From Bacteriovoracaceae bacterium (lineage in GTDB: Bacteria; Bdellovibrionota; Bacteriovoracia; Bacteriovoracales; Bacteriovoracaceae): a DNA stretch of 64,000 bases. The stretch spans positions 544,001-608,000 of the forward strand of contig JBLWTJ010000001.1 in assembly GCA_048270185.1 (NCBI GenBank), given 5' to 3'. The position numbers and the translations under genes were made by a program. The notes under the pieces were generated by a model. The model did no database searches and had not been told where the DNA came from. It saw only the letters and a program-made list of their open reading frames with translations. How positions within the stretch are numbered: position 1 is the first letter of the stretch; each line of letters starts with the position of its first letter. This document shows positions 49,792 through 60,437 of the stretch, in pieces.

Positions 49792-52251
49792 ATGGAACTT
49801 CACAGAGAATTAGAGAAGGATATTGACGGTGCTCGTGCGAAAGTTGCAGACCAAAGCCCATGCTGCCTTCACTGTGAAGGGCCCATCTCAGAAAATGAAC
49901 TGGTAGTTCTTGATGATAAACACTTCTGCTGTCATGGCTGTATGAGTGTCTACTCCCTTCTAAGATCTAATAACCTACAAGAATTCTATCATTATCAAGA
50001 TATAGCAGATTCTAAAAAGAGTTTAAAAAATAATGAAAAAGTCAGTACATCGAAATTCGACTATATGGATAGCGATGCTTTCAAAGATGAATTCGTAATA
50101 AAGAATTCTGACAATGAAGTAAGGGTCGACTTCTTATTAGAAGGTATTCACTGCCTTGCTTGTATATGGCTTATTGAAAGAATTTCAAAAATTGAAAGCT
50201 TTGTCACAAGTGCGCAAGTTAATATTGGAAATAATTTAGCAAGTTTTAAAATTGATACTAGCAAAGACTACTCCATCGCAAAGCTTGCAAAAACTCTTGT
50301 GACTCTAGGGTATATCCCACATCCCTATAATAATAAATCAGATAAGATCAAGGCCATTTCAAATCGACGTGATCTTTTACAAATTGGTATTGCAGCATCG
50401 GCCATGTCAAATATTATGATCTATGCTGTATCAAACTATGCTGGGGCCACAAGCGAATATGCCCATCTTTTTGATGGAATCAGTTTTGCCTTAAGTCTAC
50501 CAGTCATTTTCTATAGTGCGAGACCGATCTTTAAGAGTTCACTAGGCGCTATCAGACTTAAGCAGACAAGTGTGGATATTCCCCTTGCCCTTGCTATTAG
50601 TTTTGGCTTTATTATCTCAAGTATCAACTTCTTTACAAAGTCAGGACACGTCTACTTCGATTCTCTAACGACCCTTGTCTTTCTAATATTACTTTCTCGC
50701 TACTTTGTTAAAATGCTTACACAGAAGGCCATGTCCACAAAGGGAATTTCCTCTTTATTTTTTAATACAGGTGTAAAGAGGTTTAAAGAAGGCAAACAAG
50801 AGCAAGTATACTCAAGTGCAATCAAACTTGATGACGAAGTTATTTTTGACGAAGATGAGAGAATTATATTTGACGGAATACTGCTTAGTGAAAGTGCACT
50901 TATCCTAAACACAATTAACACAGGTGAGAGTAAACCAATCGTCGTATATAAAGGTGATCATATTGAAGCTGGTGCTATTAGCATTACAAATAATCTTCGC
51001 CTAAGAGTTAATGCAATAGGTGGTCATACAAAACTTGGAATGAACCTCGATTCAATTGAGAGTAATTCCATAGCAAAGAATCCGGCCAACTTGTGGGCAC
51101 AGAAAATATCTAAATATTTTACTTACACAATACTAATCCTTTGTGCCTTAGTTATAGGGTATGCATCAATCTTTCAAATGCCTATGGAGGCGGCCATTAA
51201 TACTGTACTTGCCATCCTCATTGTTGGCTGTCCATGTGCTTTTGCTATGGCCACTCCAATCGTTGTGGCAACAAGAATTAATAAACTTAAATCGCAAGGA
51301 ATTTTCGTAAAAAATGAAGCAAGCCTTGAAGAAATTGGAAATATTAAAAATATCATCTTTGATAAGACAGGGACTCTTACTAAAGGTAAATTTGAAGTTA
51401 GTGGATTTCAAAATATATCAAATCTTAATGATAAAGAAATTCTAGCAATAACAGTTGGATTAGAAAGAGCTGTTAGACACCCTATTGCCTTTGCCCTAAA
51501 AAAGTTTGCCAAATCTAAGCTTGAGTCCTGTGATTATAATAAGCATATTATCAGTAACGCCAAAGTCATTACAGGCCAAGGTGTCGAGGCCCTTATCAAT
51601 AACAAGCAATATTTCATCGGCTCTCACAAAGAACAGATTGGTCTCTTTGACATAACAACTGAAAAAACTCTACTGGCCACTTTTAAAATTGAAGATAGTA
51701 TCCGTGACGAAGTAATTGACCTCGTTAATTTTCTAAAGAAAAAGAATATCGCTATTCACCTTTCTACTGGTGACCACTCTGATATTGCCTTTGAAGTGGC
51801 CGAACAACTAGGTTTAGATAAAGACAAGATATACACTAATCAGACTCCTGAAGATAAATTGTCCCTAGCACAAGACTTATCAAATGTCGCATTCATTGGT
51901 GATGGAGACAATGACGCTCTAGCAATGATTAAGGCCAATGTTTCAATTGCTATTGGAGCACAGGCAGACATTGCCATGAGAAGTTCAGATATCTATCTTG
52001 CTAATGACGACATCAATCAAATAAAAACCCTTTTCAATGTTGCCTCTAATGTATCCTATACATTGAGAAGAAATATAATGTTTGCCATTTCATATAATTT
52101 AGTCGGAATGATTCTTGCCCTTATGCAATTTATCACTCCACTTTTTGCGGCCGTTCTTATGCCATTGAGTTCACTGACAGTAGTACTATCAAGTACGATT
52201 GGTCTCATTTCATTAGATCGACTAATTAATAACACAAAAGGAAAAAGCTGA
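49792..52251 (+). CDS. ccoI: Cu-translocating P1B ATPase CcoI/FixI
   Basis: CLHC..CCHGC, CLAC, TGES, CPC, DKTGT and GDGDND. Confidence 0.92.
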   Translation: MELHRELEKDIDGARAKVADQSPCCLHCEGPISENELVVLDDKHFCCHGCMSVYSLLRSNNLQEFYHYQDIADSKKSLKNNEKVSTSKFDYMDSDAFKDEFVIKNSDNEVRVDFLLEGIHCLACIWLIERISKIESFVTSAQVNIGNNLASFKIDTSKDYSIAKLAKTLVTLGYIPHPYNNKSDKIKAISNRRDLLQIGIAASAMSNIMIYAVSNYAGATSEYAHLFDGISFALSLPVIFYSARPIFKSSLGAIRLKQTSVDIPLALAISFGFIISSINFFTKSGHVYFDSLTTLVFLILLSRYFVKMLTQKAMSTKGISSLFFNTGVKRFKEGKQEQVYSSAIKLDDEVIFDEDERIIFDGILLSESALILNTINTGESKPIVVYKGDHIEAGAISITNNLRLRVNAIGGHTKLGMNLDSIESNSIAKNPANLWAQKISKYFTYTILILCALVIGYASIFQMPMEAAINTVLAILIVGCPCAFAMATPIVVATRINKLKSQGIFVKNEASLEEIGNIKNIIFDKTGTLTKGKFEVSGFQNISNLNDKEILAITVGLERAVRHPIAFALKKFAKSKLESCDYNKHIISNAKVITGQGVEALINNKQYFIGSHKEQIGLFDITTEKTLLATFKIEDSIRDEVIDLVNFLKKKNIAIHLSTGDHSDIAFEVAEQLGLDKDKIYTNQTPEDKLSLAQDLSNVAFIGDGDNDALAMIKANVSIAIGAQADIAMRSSDIYLANDDINQIKTLFNVASNVSYTLRRNIMFAISYNLVGMILALMQFITPLFAAVLMPLSSLTVVLSSTIGLISLDRLINNTKGKS

Positions 52252-52427
52252 TGGAAATCATTATCATCCTTTTACCAATTGCACTATTATTGGCCTTAGC
52301 ATTTTTAATTTTCTTTATTTGGGCAACAAAGTCGGGTCAGTATGACGATATGGATACGCCATCATTAAGAATTTTATTTGAAGATAATAATATTTCTAAA
52401 AATATTAGAGAGAAAAAAAGGAAGTAA
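52251..52427 (+). CDS. ccoS: cbb3 oxidase maturation protein CcoS (58 aa, not in the ORF track)
   Basis: MEIIIILLPIALLLALAFLIFFIWATKSGQYDDMDTPSLRILFED matches the CcoS/FixS motif. Confidence 0.92.
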   Translation: MEIIIILLPIALLLALAFLIFFIWATKSGQYDDMDTPSLRILFEDNNISKNIREKKRK

Positions 52428-52431
52428 ATTT

Positions 52432-54600
52432 ATGAGCATGAGTAATGATGCCCAATTAGAAAAGTTTTCTTACAATGATAAGATTTCAAAAGCTTTTCTA
52501 ATGGCAACTGTTTTCTGGGGTGCAATTGCACTCTTTATGGGTGTTTTTGTAGCCTTTCAATTGGCCTACTGGAAATTTAATCTCGGATTAGAATGGACAA
52601 CTTTTGGACGTCTAAGACCACTTCATACAAATGCTGCAATCTTTGCATTTGTTGGAAACGGAATGTTTCTTGGAGTTTATTACTCAACACAAAGACTCTG
52701 TAAGGCCAGAATTTTCTCTGACTTCTTATCATGGGTACACTTTTGGGGCTGGCAGCTGATTATTGTAGCGGCGGCCATTACACTTCCACTAGGGATTACA
52801 ACAGGTAAGGAATATGCTGAGTTAGAGTGGCCAATCGATATTGCCATTGCTGTTATCTGGGTTGTCTTTGCGGTAAACTTTATCGGAACTTTAATTAAGA
52901 GACGTGAAAGACATATGTACGTTGCACTGTGGTTCTATATCGCAACAATCGTAACAATTGCTGTTCTTCACATCTTCAACTCTCTATCTTTACCAGTAAG
53001 CTTTTTAAAATCTTACCCAGTATATGCAGGAGTTCAAGATGCACTTGTTCAGTGGTGGTACGGTCACAATGCTGTTGCCTTCTTCTTAACAACTCCGTTC
53101 TTAGGGATCACATATTACTTCTTACCAAAGACTGCGAATCGTCCGATCTACTCTTATCGTCTATCGATCATTCACTATTGGTCATTAGTATTTATCTATA
53201 TCTGGGCCGGTCCTCACCACCTTCTCTACTCTTCTGTTCCTGATTGGGTTCAGACACTAGGGATGACATTTTCAATTATTCTATGGATGCCATCTTGGGG
53301 TGGGATGATTAACTTCCTTCTAACTCTTCGTGGAGTTTGGGATAAAGTTAGAACTGAGCCAATGCTTAAATTCTTTGCGACTGCTGTAACTTTCTACGGT
53401 ATGGCAACATTTGAAGGTCCACTTCTATCAATCAAATCAGTTAACTATATTGGTCACTTCACTGACTGGGTTGTTGGTCACGTTCACGCGGGAACAATCG
53501 GTTGGAACTATATGCTAATTGCTGGTGTTCTCTATTTCTGTACAGAGAAACTTTGGGATACAAAGATCTTCTCTAAAAAGATGGCCAACACTCAGTTTTG
53601 GTTAGCAACAATTGGGCTTTTACTCTACATGATGTCAATGTGGGTAGCAGGTATTACTCAAGGTCTAATGTGGCGTGCTGTTGATACAACAGGAAAGTTA
53701 GTTTATCCAAACTTCATTGAAACAGTTGTAAAAATTGTTCCAATGTACTGGGTACGTGCTTTTGGTGGTGTATTTATTCTAACAAGCTTTATCCTGATGG
53801 TTATCAACCTTTGGATGACTTATCAGAAATCAAAAATTAAACCAATTGGTCATACTGAACAAGATGATAAGGAACCAGTATTCCAAGCGGCTCCTCTTAA
53901 GGCAACTTATGATAATAGTAAAGAAGACGCTCACAGAAAGCTTGAAGGTCTTCCTGTAACTTTCACTATTCTATCAATCGTTGCCATTCTCGTCGGTGGT
54001 GCAATTGAGATTATTCCTTCAATTTTATCGAATCGATTTGTCGAAGTTGACCCAAGAGTTAAACCATATACTCCACTTGAATTACTTGGACGCGATGTCT
54101 ACGTGAAAGAAGGATGCTATGTATGTCACTCTCAACAAATTAGACCAACTGTTGCTGAAAAGCTACGTTATGGTAACCCGTCGACTGCAGCGGAATCAGT
54201 TTACGATCGTCCATTCCAGTGGGGATCACGTCGTATCGGTCCAGACCTTGCTCGAGTAGGTGGAAAGTATAATGATATGTGGCACTTCCGTCACATGATC
54301 AACCCACGTGAAGTAACACCAAAATCAATCATGCCTAATTATGATTGGCTAACTAAGAATAAAGTTAATTTCAAGATACTACCTAAGAAGATTAATGCAA
54401 TGGTAGCACTTGGAACTCCTTATTCTGAAGATGTTGTTGCTAACTCAATTGATATGGCAATGGAGCAAGCTCAGAAAATCACTGAAGGATTAAATGAGCA
54501 CGGAGTACCAATGACAATGGCAGACAAAGAAATCATTGCTCTAATCGCTTATCTACAACGCCTAGGAATTGATACTAAAGAAGTACAAGGGGCACAGTAA
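52432..54600 (+). CDS. ccoN: cbb3-type cytochrome c oxidase, fused subunits I/II (CcoNO)
   Basis: FGRLRPLHTN, WWYGHNAV and WAGPHH, then CcoO motifs EGCYVCHSQQIR and WGSRRIGPDL in a single frame. Confidence 0.96.
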   Translation: MSMSNDAQLEKFSYNDKISKAFLMATVFWGAIALFMGVFVAFQLAYWKFNLGLEWTTFGRLRPLHTNAAIFAFVGNGMFLGVYYSTQRLCKARIFSDFLSWVHFWGWQLIIVAAAITLPLGITTGKEYAELEWPIDIAIAVIWVVFAVNFIGTLIKRRERHMYVALWFYIATIVTIAVLHIFNSLSLPVSFLKSYPVYAGVQDALVQWWYGHNAVAFFLTTPFLGITYYFLPKTANRPIYSYRLSIIHYWSLVFIYIWAGPHHLLYSSVPDWVQTLGMTFSIILWMPSWGGMINFLLTLRGVWDKVRTEPMLKFFATAVTFYGMATFEGPLLSIKSVNYIGHFTDWVVGHVHAGTIGWNYMLIAGVLYFCTEKLWDTKIFSKKMANTQFWLATIGLLLYMMSMWVAGITQGLMWRAVDTTGKLVYPNFIETVVKIVPMYWVRAFGGVFILTSFILMVINLWMTYQKSKIKPIGHTEQDDKEPVFQAAPLKATYDNSKEDAHRKLEGLPVTFTILSIVAILVGGAIEIIPSILSNRFVEVDPRVKPYTPLELLGRDVYVKEGCYVCHSQQIRPTVAEKLRYGNPSTAAESVYDRPFQWGSRRIGPDLARVGGKYNDMWHFRHMINPREVTPKSIMPNYDWLTKNKVNFKILPKKINAMVALGTPYSEDVVANSIDMAMEQAQKITEGLNEHGVPMTMADKEIIALIAYLQRLGIDTKEVQGAQ

Positions 54601-54791
54601 TGAAAGCAGAAGTAATGAGCAATATGACTTGGGACTGGATGCCAGTTGTTGGTTTACTTATTTTTGTAGCAATCTTCACATTGGCTTTCCTTTGGTCAAT
54701 GAGACCTGGCTCAACGAAGCTATACAATGAAGTTGCAAATAATGCCCTCTCTGATGGAGAAAGAGCACCTAAGGGGAATGACAATGAGTAG
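54600..54791 (+). CDS. ccoQ: cbb3 oxidase subunit CcoQ
   Basis: Small single-TM protein between ccoNO and ccoP. Confidence 0.8.
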   Translation: MKAEVMSNMTWDWMPVVGLLIFVAIFTLAFLWSMRPGSTKLYNEVANNALSDGERAPKGNDNE

Positions 54792-55392
54792 TGAAAATAA
54801 AAACAATAATGAAAATATCGTTTTAGAAGATGAAAAACACTTAGTCCTTGATCACGACTATGATGGAATCCAAGAGCTTGACCACCCACTACCAGGTTGG
54901 TGGAGTGGTATCTGGGCCCTTACATTCATTTTTTCGATCCCATATTTTATGTATTACGTCCTAATGGATGGGCCAACTCTTGAAGAAACTTATAAGATTG
55001 AGATGGCAGAGATGCAAAAGATCATCGATGCAGAAGCGGCCAATACTGCTAATTTTGATATTGAGAAATACAATAGCTATGTCGCAACAGATTCGGCAAA
55101 AGAGCACGGAAAGAATGTATTCATTGAAAACTGTGCCGCTTGCCACCTTGAAGATGGTGGAGGTGATATTGGTCCGAACCTGACAGATGATTACTGGCTA
55201 AATATCAAAGAATTTAAACCAGAAGCAATTTATAGTTTTGTTGTTCATGGTAATGAAGACAAAGGGATGCCTGCTTGGGGTGATATTCTTAGTAAAGAAG
55301 ATATCATGGCCGTTACAGAACATGTCATCTCGCTACATGGAACTACTCCGGCCAAGGCCAAAGACCCACAAGGTGAAGTACTTGCCAAGTAG
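54784..55392 (+). CDS. ccoP: cbb3 oxidase subunit III CcoP (single heme)
   Basis: DHDYDGIQELDHPLPGWW, CAACH, GPNLTDDYW and MPAWG. Confidence 0.92.
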   Translation: MSSENKNNNENIVLEDEKHLVLDHDYDGIQELDHPLPGWWSGIWALTFIFSIPYFMYYVLMDGPTLEETYKIEMAEMQKIIDAEAANTANFDIEKYNSYVATDSAKEHGKNVFIENCAACHLEDGGGDIGPNLTDDYWLNIKEFKPEAIYSFVVHGNEDKGMPAWGDILSKEDIMAVTEHVISLHGTTPAKAKDPQGEVLAK

Positions 55393-55413
55393 GTCAAGAA
55401 ATTAGAAGGAAAT

Positions 55414-56817
55414 ATGACAAAGAAATCACAATTTGAATTACACGACTCAAGACTTGGAACAACAGATGACACAGGTCATAGAGTTTTTCTCTTTCCCGAA
55501 GAAGTTAAAGGTATTTGGCGAACAAGGCGTGAAATATTCTATTGGATTCTTATCTTTGTTTATCTAATTTTGCCGTGGATATATATTGGAGGAGAACAAA
55601 GTATTCTCCTCAATATTCCTGCCCGTGAGTTTTCATTCTTTTCGTATAAATTCTATGCCCACAATGCGCCAATTCTCATCTTCATTTTACTTGGGTTTCT
55701 TTTTTCAGTTGGGATCATTACAAGTATGTTTGGGCGAGTATGGTGTGGTTGGGCCTGTCCACAGACAGTCTTTATCGATACAATCTTTCGCCGTATCGAA
55801 TCCCTTGTCGAAGGGAAACCTCGTGCAAGAAAGAAGCTAGATGAAGCTCCATGGAGTAAAGAGAAGCTATTAAAAAGAAGTTTAAAATGGTTTCTATTTC
55901 TAGTTGTCTCCCTCCACATCTCTCATACTTTCTTAGGTTACTTTGTAGGAACACATAGACTGCTATCAATTAGTTTTCAAAATCCATCTGAGAACTTCAC
56001 TCTCTTTACAATCATGTTAATTATTACATCGATTGTAATTTTAGACTTTGGTTGGTTTAGGGAGCAGTTTTGTATCATTGCATGTCCTTACGGGCGTATG
56101 CAGTCTGTTATCATGGACGAGAATTCAATGGCCATTCTCTACGATGAGAAACGTGGTGAACCTCGTCGCGAACCTGGAATGAAGCCAGAAGAGCATGGAG
56201 ACTGTATTAATTGCTATGCATGTGTAAAAGCCTGCCCTACCGGTATTGATATTCGTCGTGGAGTGCAACTTGAGTGTATTGCTTGTACAAATTGTATTGA
56301 TGCATGTGACGATATTATGACTAAGATCAAAAAACCCAAAGGTCTAATACGCTACGACACTCAAAACTCAATGGACGGTAAAGGTAAGAAGTTTTTTACA
56401 ATCAGAAATATTGGTTACCTCATTATTCTGATTGGTATTCTAATCGGCTTTATCTTCAGTCTCTCATCATCACAAGAGATTTCAACACAAGTTCTAAGAG
56501 GGCCAGGAACTCCTTATCGAGTTCACTCTCCTACAACAACCCTAAACCACTTCCAGCTGACATTTGAGCAAAGTGGAACAATTAAAACTCATCATATCAA
56601 GGTTGAAATTGCAGGCATCCCTAAAGATAGCTATGAAATCAAAATGCAACGAAATCCATTTGAGTTTAAAACAAATCACAAACGTATGAACGTCTTTGTT
56701 GTTTTTAACAACACTCAGCTCGTTAACGGAAGTCATAAGATTATATTCTTAATCACTGATCTTGAGTCAAAGAAAGTGATTGAGAAAGAGGCGGTTTTAG
56801 TTGGACCAACTAAGTAG
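55414..56817 (+). CDS. ccoG: Cytochrome c oxidase accessory protein CcoG/FixG
   Basis: GRVWCGWACPQT, CIIACPYGR, CINCYACVKACP and CIACTNCIDAC. Confidence 0.95.
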   Translation: MTKKSQFELHDSRLGTTDDTGHRVFLFPEEVKGIWRTRREIFYWILIFVYLILPWIYIGGEQSILLNIPAREFSFFSYKFYAHNAPILIFILLGFLFSVGIITSMFGRVWCGWACPQTVFIDTIFRRIESLVEGKPRARKKLDEAPWSKEKLLKRSLKWFLFLVVSLHISHTFLGYFVGTHRLLSISFQNPSENFTLFTIMLIITSIVILDFGWFREQFCIIACPYGRMQSVIMDENSMAILYDEKRGEPRREPGMKPEEHGDCINCYACVKACPTGIDIRRGVQLECIACTNCIDACDDIMTKIKKPKGLIRYDTQNSMDGKGKKFFTIRNIGYLIILIGILIGFIFSLSSSQEISTQVLRGPGTPYRVHSPTTTLNHFQLTFEQSGTIKTHHIKVEIAGIPKDSYEIKMQRNPFEFKTNHKRMNVFVVFNNTQLVNGSHKIIFLITDLESKKVIEKEAVLVGPTK

Positions 56818-57514
56818 CCTAAACGGCATATCACCATACTTAATAATAAGCGGGGCCCTAACAATGGGACTTGTCGCAAATTTCCACTGCGTGGGAATGT
56901 GCGGTGGTATTACCATGGCCGTCTCAAAGACTTTTACGCAAAATCTTTCCTATCAAGTTGGACGATTACTAGGATACTTAAGTGTTGCTATGATTATCCC
57001 CCTATTGGGCTTTACCATGCTTGATTTTAAATCAAACCCATATCTGATGCTCTTTTCTAGTATCAGTATCGGTGTGATTTTCTTATGGATGGGCCTTAAG
57101 AGATTATTTAAGTTTAAAAATTTAAGATTAGCGAACTCGATTGCAGACAGGCTACACAAGCTTAATGGAAGACTCTGGCCTAAGATAGCAAAGCGTTTTG
57201 GTAAGAGTCCTCTAATCTTTAACTTCTTCATCGGAAGCATAAGTGTTCTCTTACCATGTGGACTACTTTGGGCGATGCTTGCTCTTGCTATAAGTGCAGC
57301 GTCTCCGATACTTGCAGCAACTTTTGTGTTCTTCTTTTGGCTTGGAACTCTTCCAGGGCTTCTGATTGGACCAAGTGCAATTAATAAAATAAAATTACCT
57401 GCGAGATTGCAGCTAGGAACTCCCTATCTCTTCTTACTTATAGGAACGGTTACAATTGCATATAGAGTATATGCAATGTGGAACCCACACGCCGGAGCTC
57501 CTGCATGTCATTAA
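56801..57514 (+). CDS. DsbD_2/sulfite exporter TauE-like cbb3 biogenesis membrane protein
   Basis: HCVGMCGG, YQVGRLLGY, LLPCGL and FWLGTLP. Confidence 0.88.
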   Translation: MDQLSSLNGISPYLIISGALTMGLVANFHCVGMCGGITMAVSKTFTQNLSYQVGRLLGYLSVAMIIPLLGFTMLDFKSNPYLMLFSSISIGVIFLWMGLKRLFKFKNLRLANSIADRLHKLNGRLWPKIAKRFGKSPLIFNFFIGSISVLLPCGLLWAMLALAISAASPILAATFVFFFWLGTLPGLLIGPSAINKIKLPARLQLGTPYLFLLIGTVTIAYRVYAMWNPHAGAPACH

Positions 57515-57519
57515 AGAAA

Positions 57520-57639
57520 ATGGTTAAGAAATTTTTCCGTAATCCAGACTATTACGCCTTTAATTGGCTTATCTTTACAGTTATTATTCTCTTTCCATGC
57601 CTACTTGTGGCACTAACTGTGAAGTATTGGTCTTGGTAG
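57520..57639 (+). CDS. Small membrane protein (39 aa) at the end of the cco operon
   Basis: MVKKFFRNPDYYAFNWLIFTVIILFPCLLVALTVKYWSW*; starts 5 nt after the previous stop. Confidence 0.55.
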   Translation: MVKKFFRNPDYYAFNWLIFTVIILFPCLLVALTVKYWSW

Positions 57640-57731
57640 GTGCCATGCTCCTTTGGTTTCGCACCTGCTAAATCAACGGGAGTAGCAAGAAATCGTTTTT
57701 AGCAGGTGCGAAACCAAAGGAGCATGGCACC
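57639..57731. repeat. Long perfect inverted repeat (34-bp arms, 25-bp spacer), REPIN/MITE-like
   Basis: ggtgccatgctcctttggtttcgcacctgctaaa (57639-57672) is the exact reverse complement of 57698-57731. Confidence 0.88.
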
Positions 57732-57736
57732 CTAGT

Positions 57737-58204
57737 CTATTTACACTCGCGCATGCGTTGTAGTAATTCGCTATCTTCTGCACGAATCTTATCTCTTAGA
57801 TAATCAACTACGGTTGAGTTTTGTTGAATGATTTTTACAAGTCGACATAGGAAGACATTATCCTCTGCGCTTTCAACAATAGACCAAGCATTAACGACAT
57901 TATTTGTTTCATAGAAAAATTTAAAGAAGAGCTCTTCATATTCAAGTTTTACATTCTTTCCGGCCTGAGCTGTTAGTTGCTGTCCAATGGCCTCATCGTG
58001 AATTGAAAAACTCCAAGTAAGCTTATCACCACTACCGAGATCAAGAGTTCCTTCATAAGTTTTAAAGACCACACCTTTCTTAGTGATACGAACAAGTTTA
58101 CCTGAACGTGTTCCGTCTGACTTTGGATACTTCATCAGTCCCCAACCGAGTAAACCAGTTAAAGTGATAAGAATGAATAGCGTGAAAAATAATTTCTTCT
58201 TCAA
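57737..58204 (-). CDS. Hypothetical membrane-anchored protein
   Basis: N-terminal TM followed by SDGTRSGKLVRITKKGVVFKTYEG. Confidence 0.75.
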   Translation of the reverse strand: MKKKLFFTLFILITLTGLLGWGLMKYPKSDGTRSGKLVRITKKGVVFKTYEGTLDLGSGDKLTWSFSIHDEAIGQQLTAQAGKNVKLEYEELFFKFFYETNNVVNAWSIVESAEDNVFLCRLVKIIQQNSTVVDYLRDKIRAEDSELLQRMRECK

Positions 58205-58356
58205 AATTGAACCCTCTATTGGAATTTTTAATGTTCTTATTTTAACTCAATGCCTTTAAATAGCAACTAATGGGCCTCTAAATATTAAGACCTCTTAAGT
58301 TTCATGCACTGACAAAGTGCGCTAAATTCACATTAGCCTATAACGGAGGTTAGTGG

Positions 58357-59685
58357 GTGTTTGATTTTATCGATCTTACAGATACACAGGCCATTATTCC
58401 CGTTCTCGGGTTATGCCTACTCCTATGTCTCATTGCCGCTCGCTTTTCAAAAACTGTTGGCCTGCCAAAAGTTTCTGCTTTTATCATGTTGGGAATCGTT
58501 CTAGGCCCTCATGCTACGGGATTAATTACTCATGAGTTTTTAGAAAAGACAAATTATCTCTCTGACCTTGCCCTTGGCCTCATTCTTTTTAATATAGGTG
58601 GTGAGTTTAATAAGTATCTCCTGAGGCGTCTTTCAACGCAGGTTATTAAGGAAACACAAATCAAGGTCTTGTTGATGTTTGGTATAAGTGCACTGGCCTT
58701 TACCATCACACTCTTAATCTTCTCAGGTCTTTCGGTTGCCAATATTCTTATTATTTCAATTATGCTTGCTGTAATTAGTGTTGAAGCGGCACCTCCAACC
58801 ACAGTCCTTGTCATGAAAGAGTACAATACTCACGGACCTTTAACAGATGCAATTATGATTCACCTGGCTGTTGTGACAGGCTTTACAATTATTGGAAGCC
58901 TTATATTTACGGCATTTTTTCAGGCAACAGGGTTTTGGCCTTCTTTTGCATCCTCTTACGAAATCATACTTACCACGACCAAAAATATTCTGGGCTCAAT
59001 TGCCATAGGAGTTGCTCTTGGCCTCATGCTCACGTGGCTTGAGAATTTCGATAATAAGATCGGAAATTTTCTCTTCTCAATATTAACGATGATTCTCTTT
59101 GCTCAAACACTTGCCTACTTCCTCAATCTCAATGTCTTACTCATATCACTAGTCCTAGGCTTCACTGTCACCCAAGCTTCATCAAAGGGCCGTCTAATTC
59201 ACACAACAGTCAGAGATATAGGTTCATCTTTGTATGCCATCTTCTTTGTCTATGCTGGTACTCATATCAATATTGCAGGACTTGTTTCTGAAAATGCCCT
59301 CTATGTGATTATGTATATTGTCATTCGCGTTGCATCTATCGTCATCTCACATAAAGTCTTTGCTAAAAGAGTTACAGAAAATAACTATGAACTCTTAGGG
59401 CATTGCCTCTACTCCCATGCAGGGACTGCCATTGCAATTGCCATGGTCATTGGAAAGATTCCCCATGTCACAAGTGATATTATCTTTCAAACTATCATAT
59501 CAAGTATCTTTATCTTTGAAATTGCAGGTCCTTTAATTCTCAAGGAAACACTTAAGCGCAGCGGTGAGGTCTCTCTTGAGCAAGGCACACAAAATCAACT
59601 TCGCTTAATCCAGGAGAAGAATCGAAGTTTTTTACGCATAACAAAAGACTTTATTACCAATAGTCTCCACTCTCTCAAGAAATAG
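58357..59685 (+). CDS. Cation:proton antiporter (CPA2-like)
   Basis: Multi-TM; LPKVSAFIMLGIVLGP, LALGLILFNIGGEF and IFFVYAG. Confidence 0.85.
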   Translation: MFDFIDLTDTQAIIPVLGLCLLLCLIAARFSKTVGLPKVSAFIMLGIVLGPHATGLITHEFLEKTNYLSDLALGLILFNIGGEFNKYLLRRLSTQVIKETQIKVLLMFGISALAFTITLLIFSGLSVANILIISIMLAVISVEAAPPTTVLVMKEYNTHGPLTDAIMIHLAVVTGFTIIGSLIFTAFFQATGFWPSFASSYEIILTTTKNILGSIAIGVALGLMLTWLENFDNKIGNFLFSILTMILFAQTLAYFLNLNVLLISLVLGFTVTQASSKGRLIHTTVRDIGSSLYAIFFVYAGTHINIAGLVSENALYVIMYIVIRVASIVISHKVFAKRVTENNYELLGHCLYSHAGTAIAIAMVIGKIPHVTSDIIFQTIISSIFIFEIAGPLILKETLKRSGEVSLEQGTQNQLRLIQEKNRSFLRITKDFITNSLHSLKK

Positions 59686-59729
59686 AAAATACTTTTGTCA
59701 GGATTAACAACATGAGTTAAGATAGGGCC

Positions 59730-60437
59730 ATGGAAAATACCACAGTAGACAGCGATCAAGTTGACCAAGCTCAAGAAGAGTCCGTTGAAGAAGTATCACT
59801 AGATAAGACGCAGGCCGAAGAAATCACCAAGACCAGAAAAGACCTTCACATGCCAAGAAGAGTCTTTCACTTTGGAAGCGGTCTAATTGCTGGAATGATC
59901 TATAAGCACTTTCTGACACACGCTCAGGCCGTCCACATTCTAGGGATCGCCACTTGTCTATTCTATATTCTTGAACAGATTCGTCTAAATTATCCCGAAA
60001 ATAAATTAACCAAGCTTGGCTCGCGCTATCTTCTTCGCGCTGAAGAACAATTAAAAGAATCAGCTTCCATGCCATATATGATGGGACTACTACTAACAAT
60101 CTTAACATTTCCAAAAACGATCTCACTTGTTGCAATCTTCACACTTGCCGTATGTGATCCATTAAGTGCCATTATTGGCATTCGTTTTGGAAAGACAAAG
60201 CTTGCTCCAAATCGCTCTTTAGAAGGGACTATGGCCTTCTTAATTGCAACACTTGTCATTCACCTCTTAGTACTTGGTAATGTCTATGACTTCAATTTAA
60301 GGATTGCCCTTGTCAGTGTCTTTAGTTCACTTGTGGTAACAGCTGTTGATTTTGCAGACTTTAAGATTGATGACAATTTAACAATTCCACTTTCAACGGC
60401 CGGCGCCTTGTGGTTCTTTTTAGCGGTTATTGTTTAA
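59730..60437 (+). CDS. CTP-dependent diacylglycerol/polyprenol kinase family protein
   Basis: RRVFH, CDPLSAIIGIRFG, RSLEG and DDNLTIP. Confidence 0.88.
   Translation: MENTTVDSDQVDQAQEESVEEVSLDKTQAEEITKTRKDLHMPRRVFHFGSGLIAGMIYKHFLTHAQAVHILGIATCLFYILEQIRLNYPENKLTKLGSRYLLRAEEQLKESASMPYMMGLLLTILTFPKTISLVAIFTLAVCDPLSAIIGIRFGKTKLAPNRSLEGTMAFLIATLVIHLLVLGNVYDFNLRIALVSVFSSLVVTAVDFADFKIDDNLTIPLSTAGALWFFLAVIV

Noticed and set aside
52432..55392. CcoN-CcoO fusion and single-heme CcoP as novelties
   Set aside because: This arrangement is already known from Bacteroidota and other lineages.
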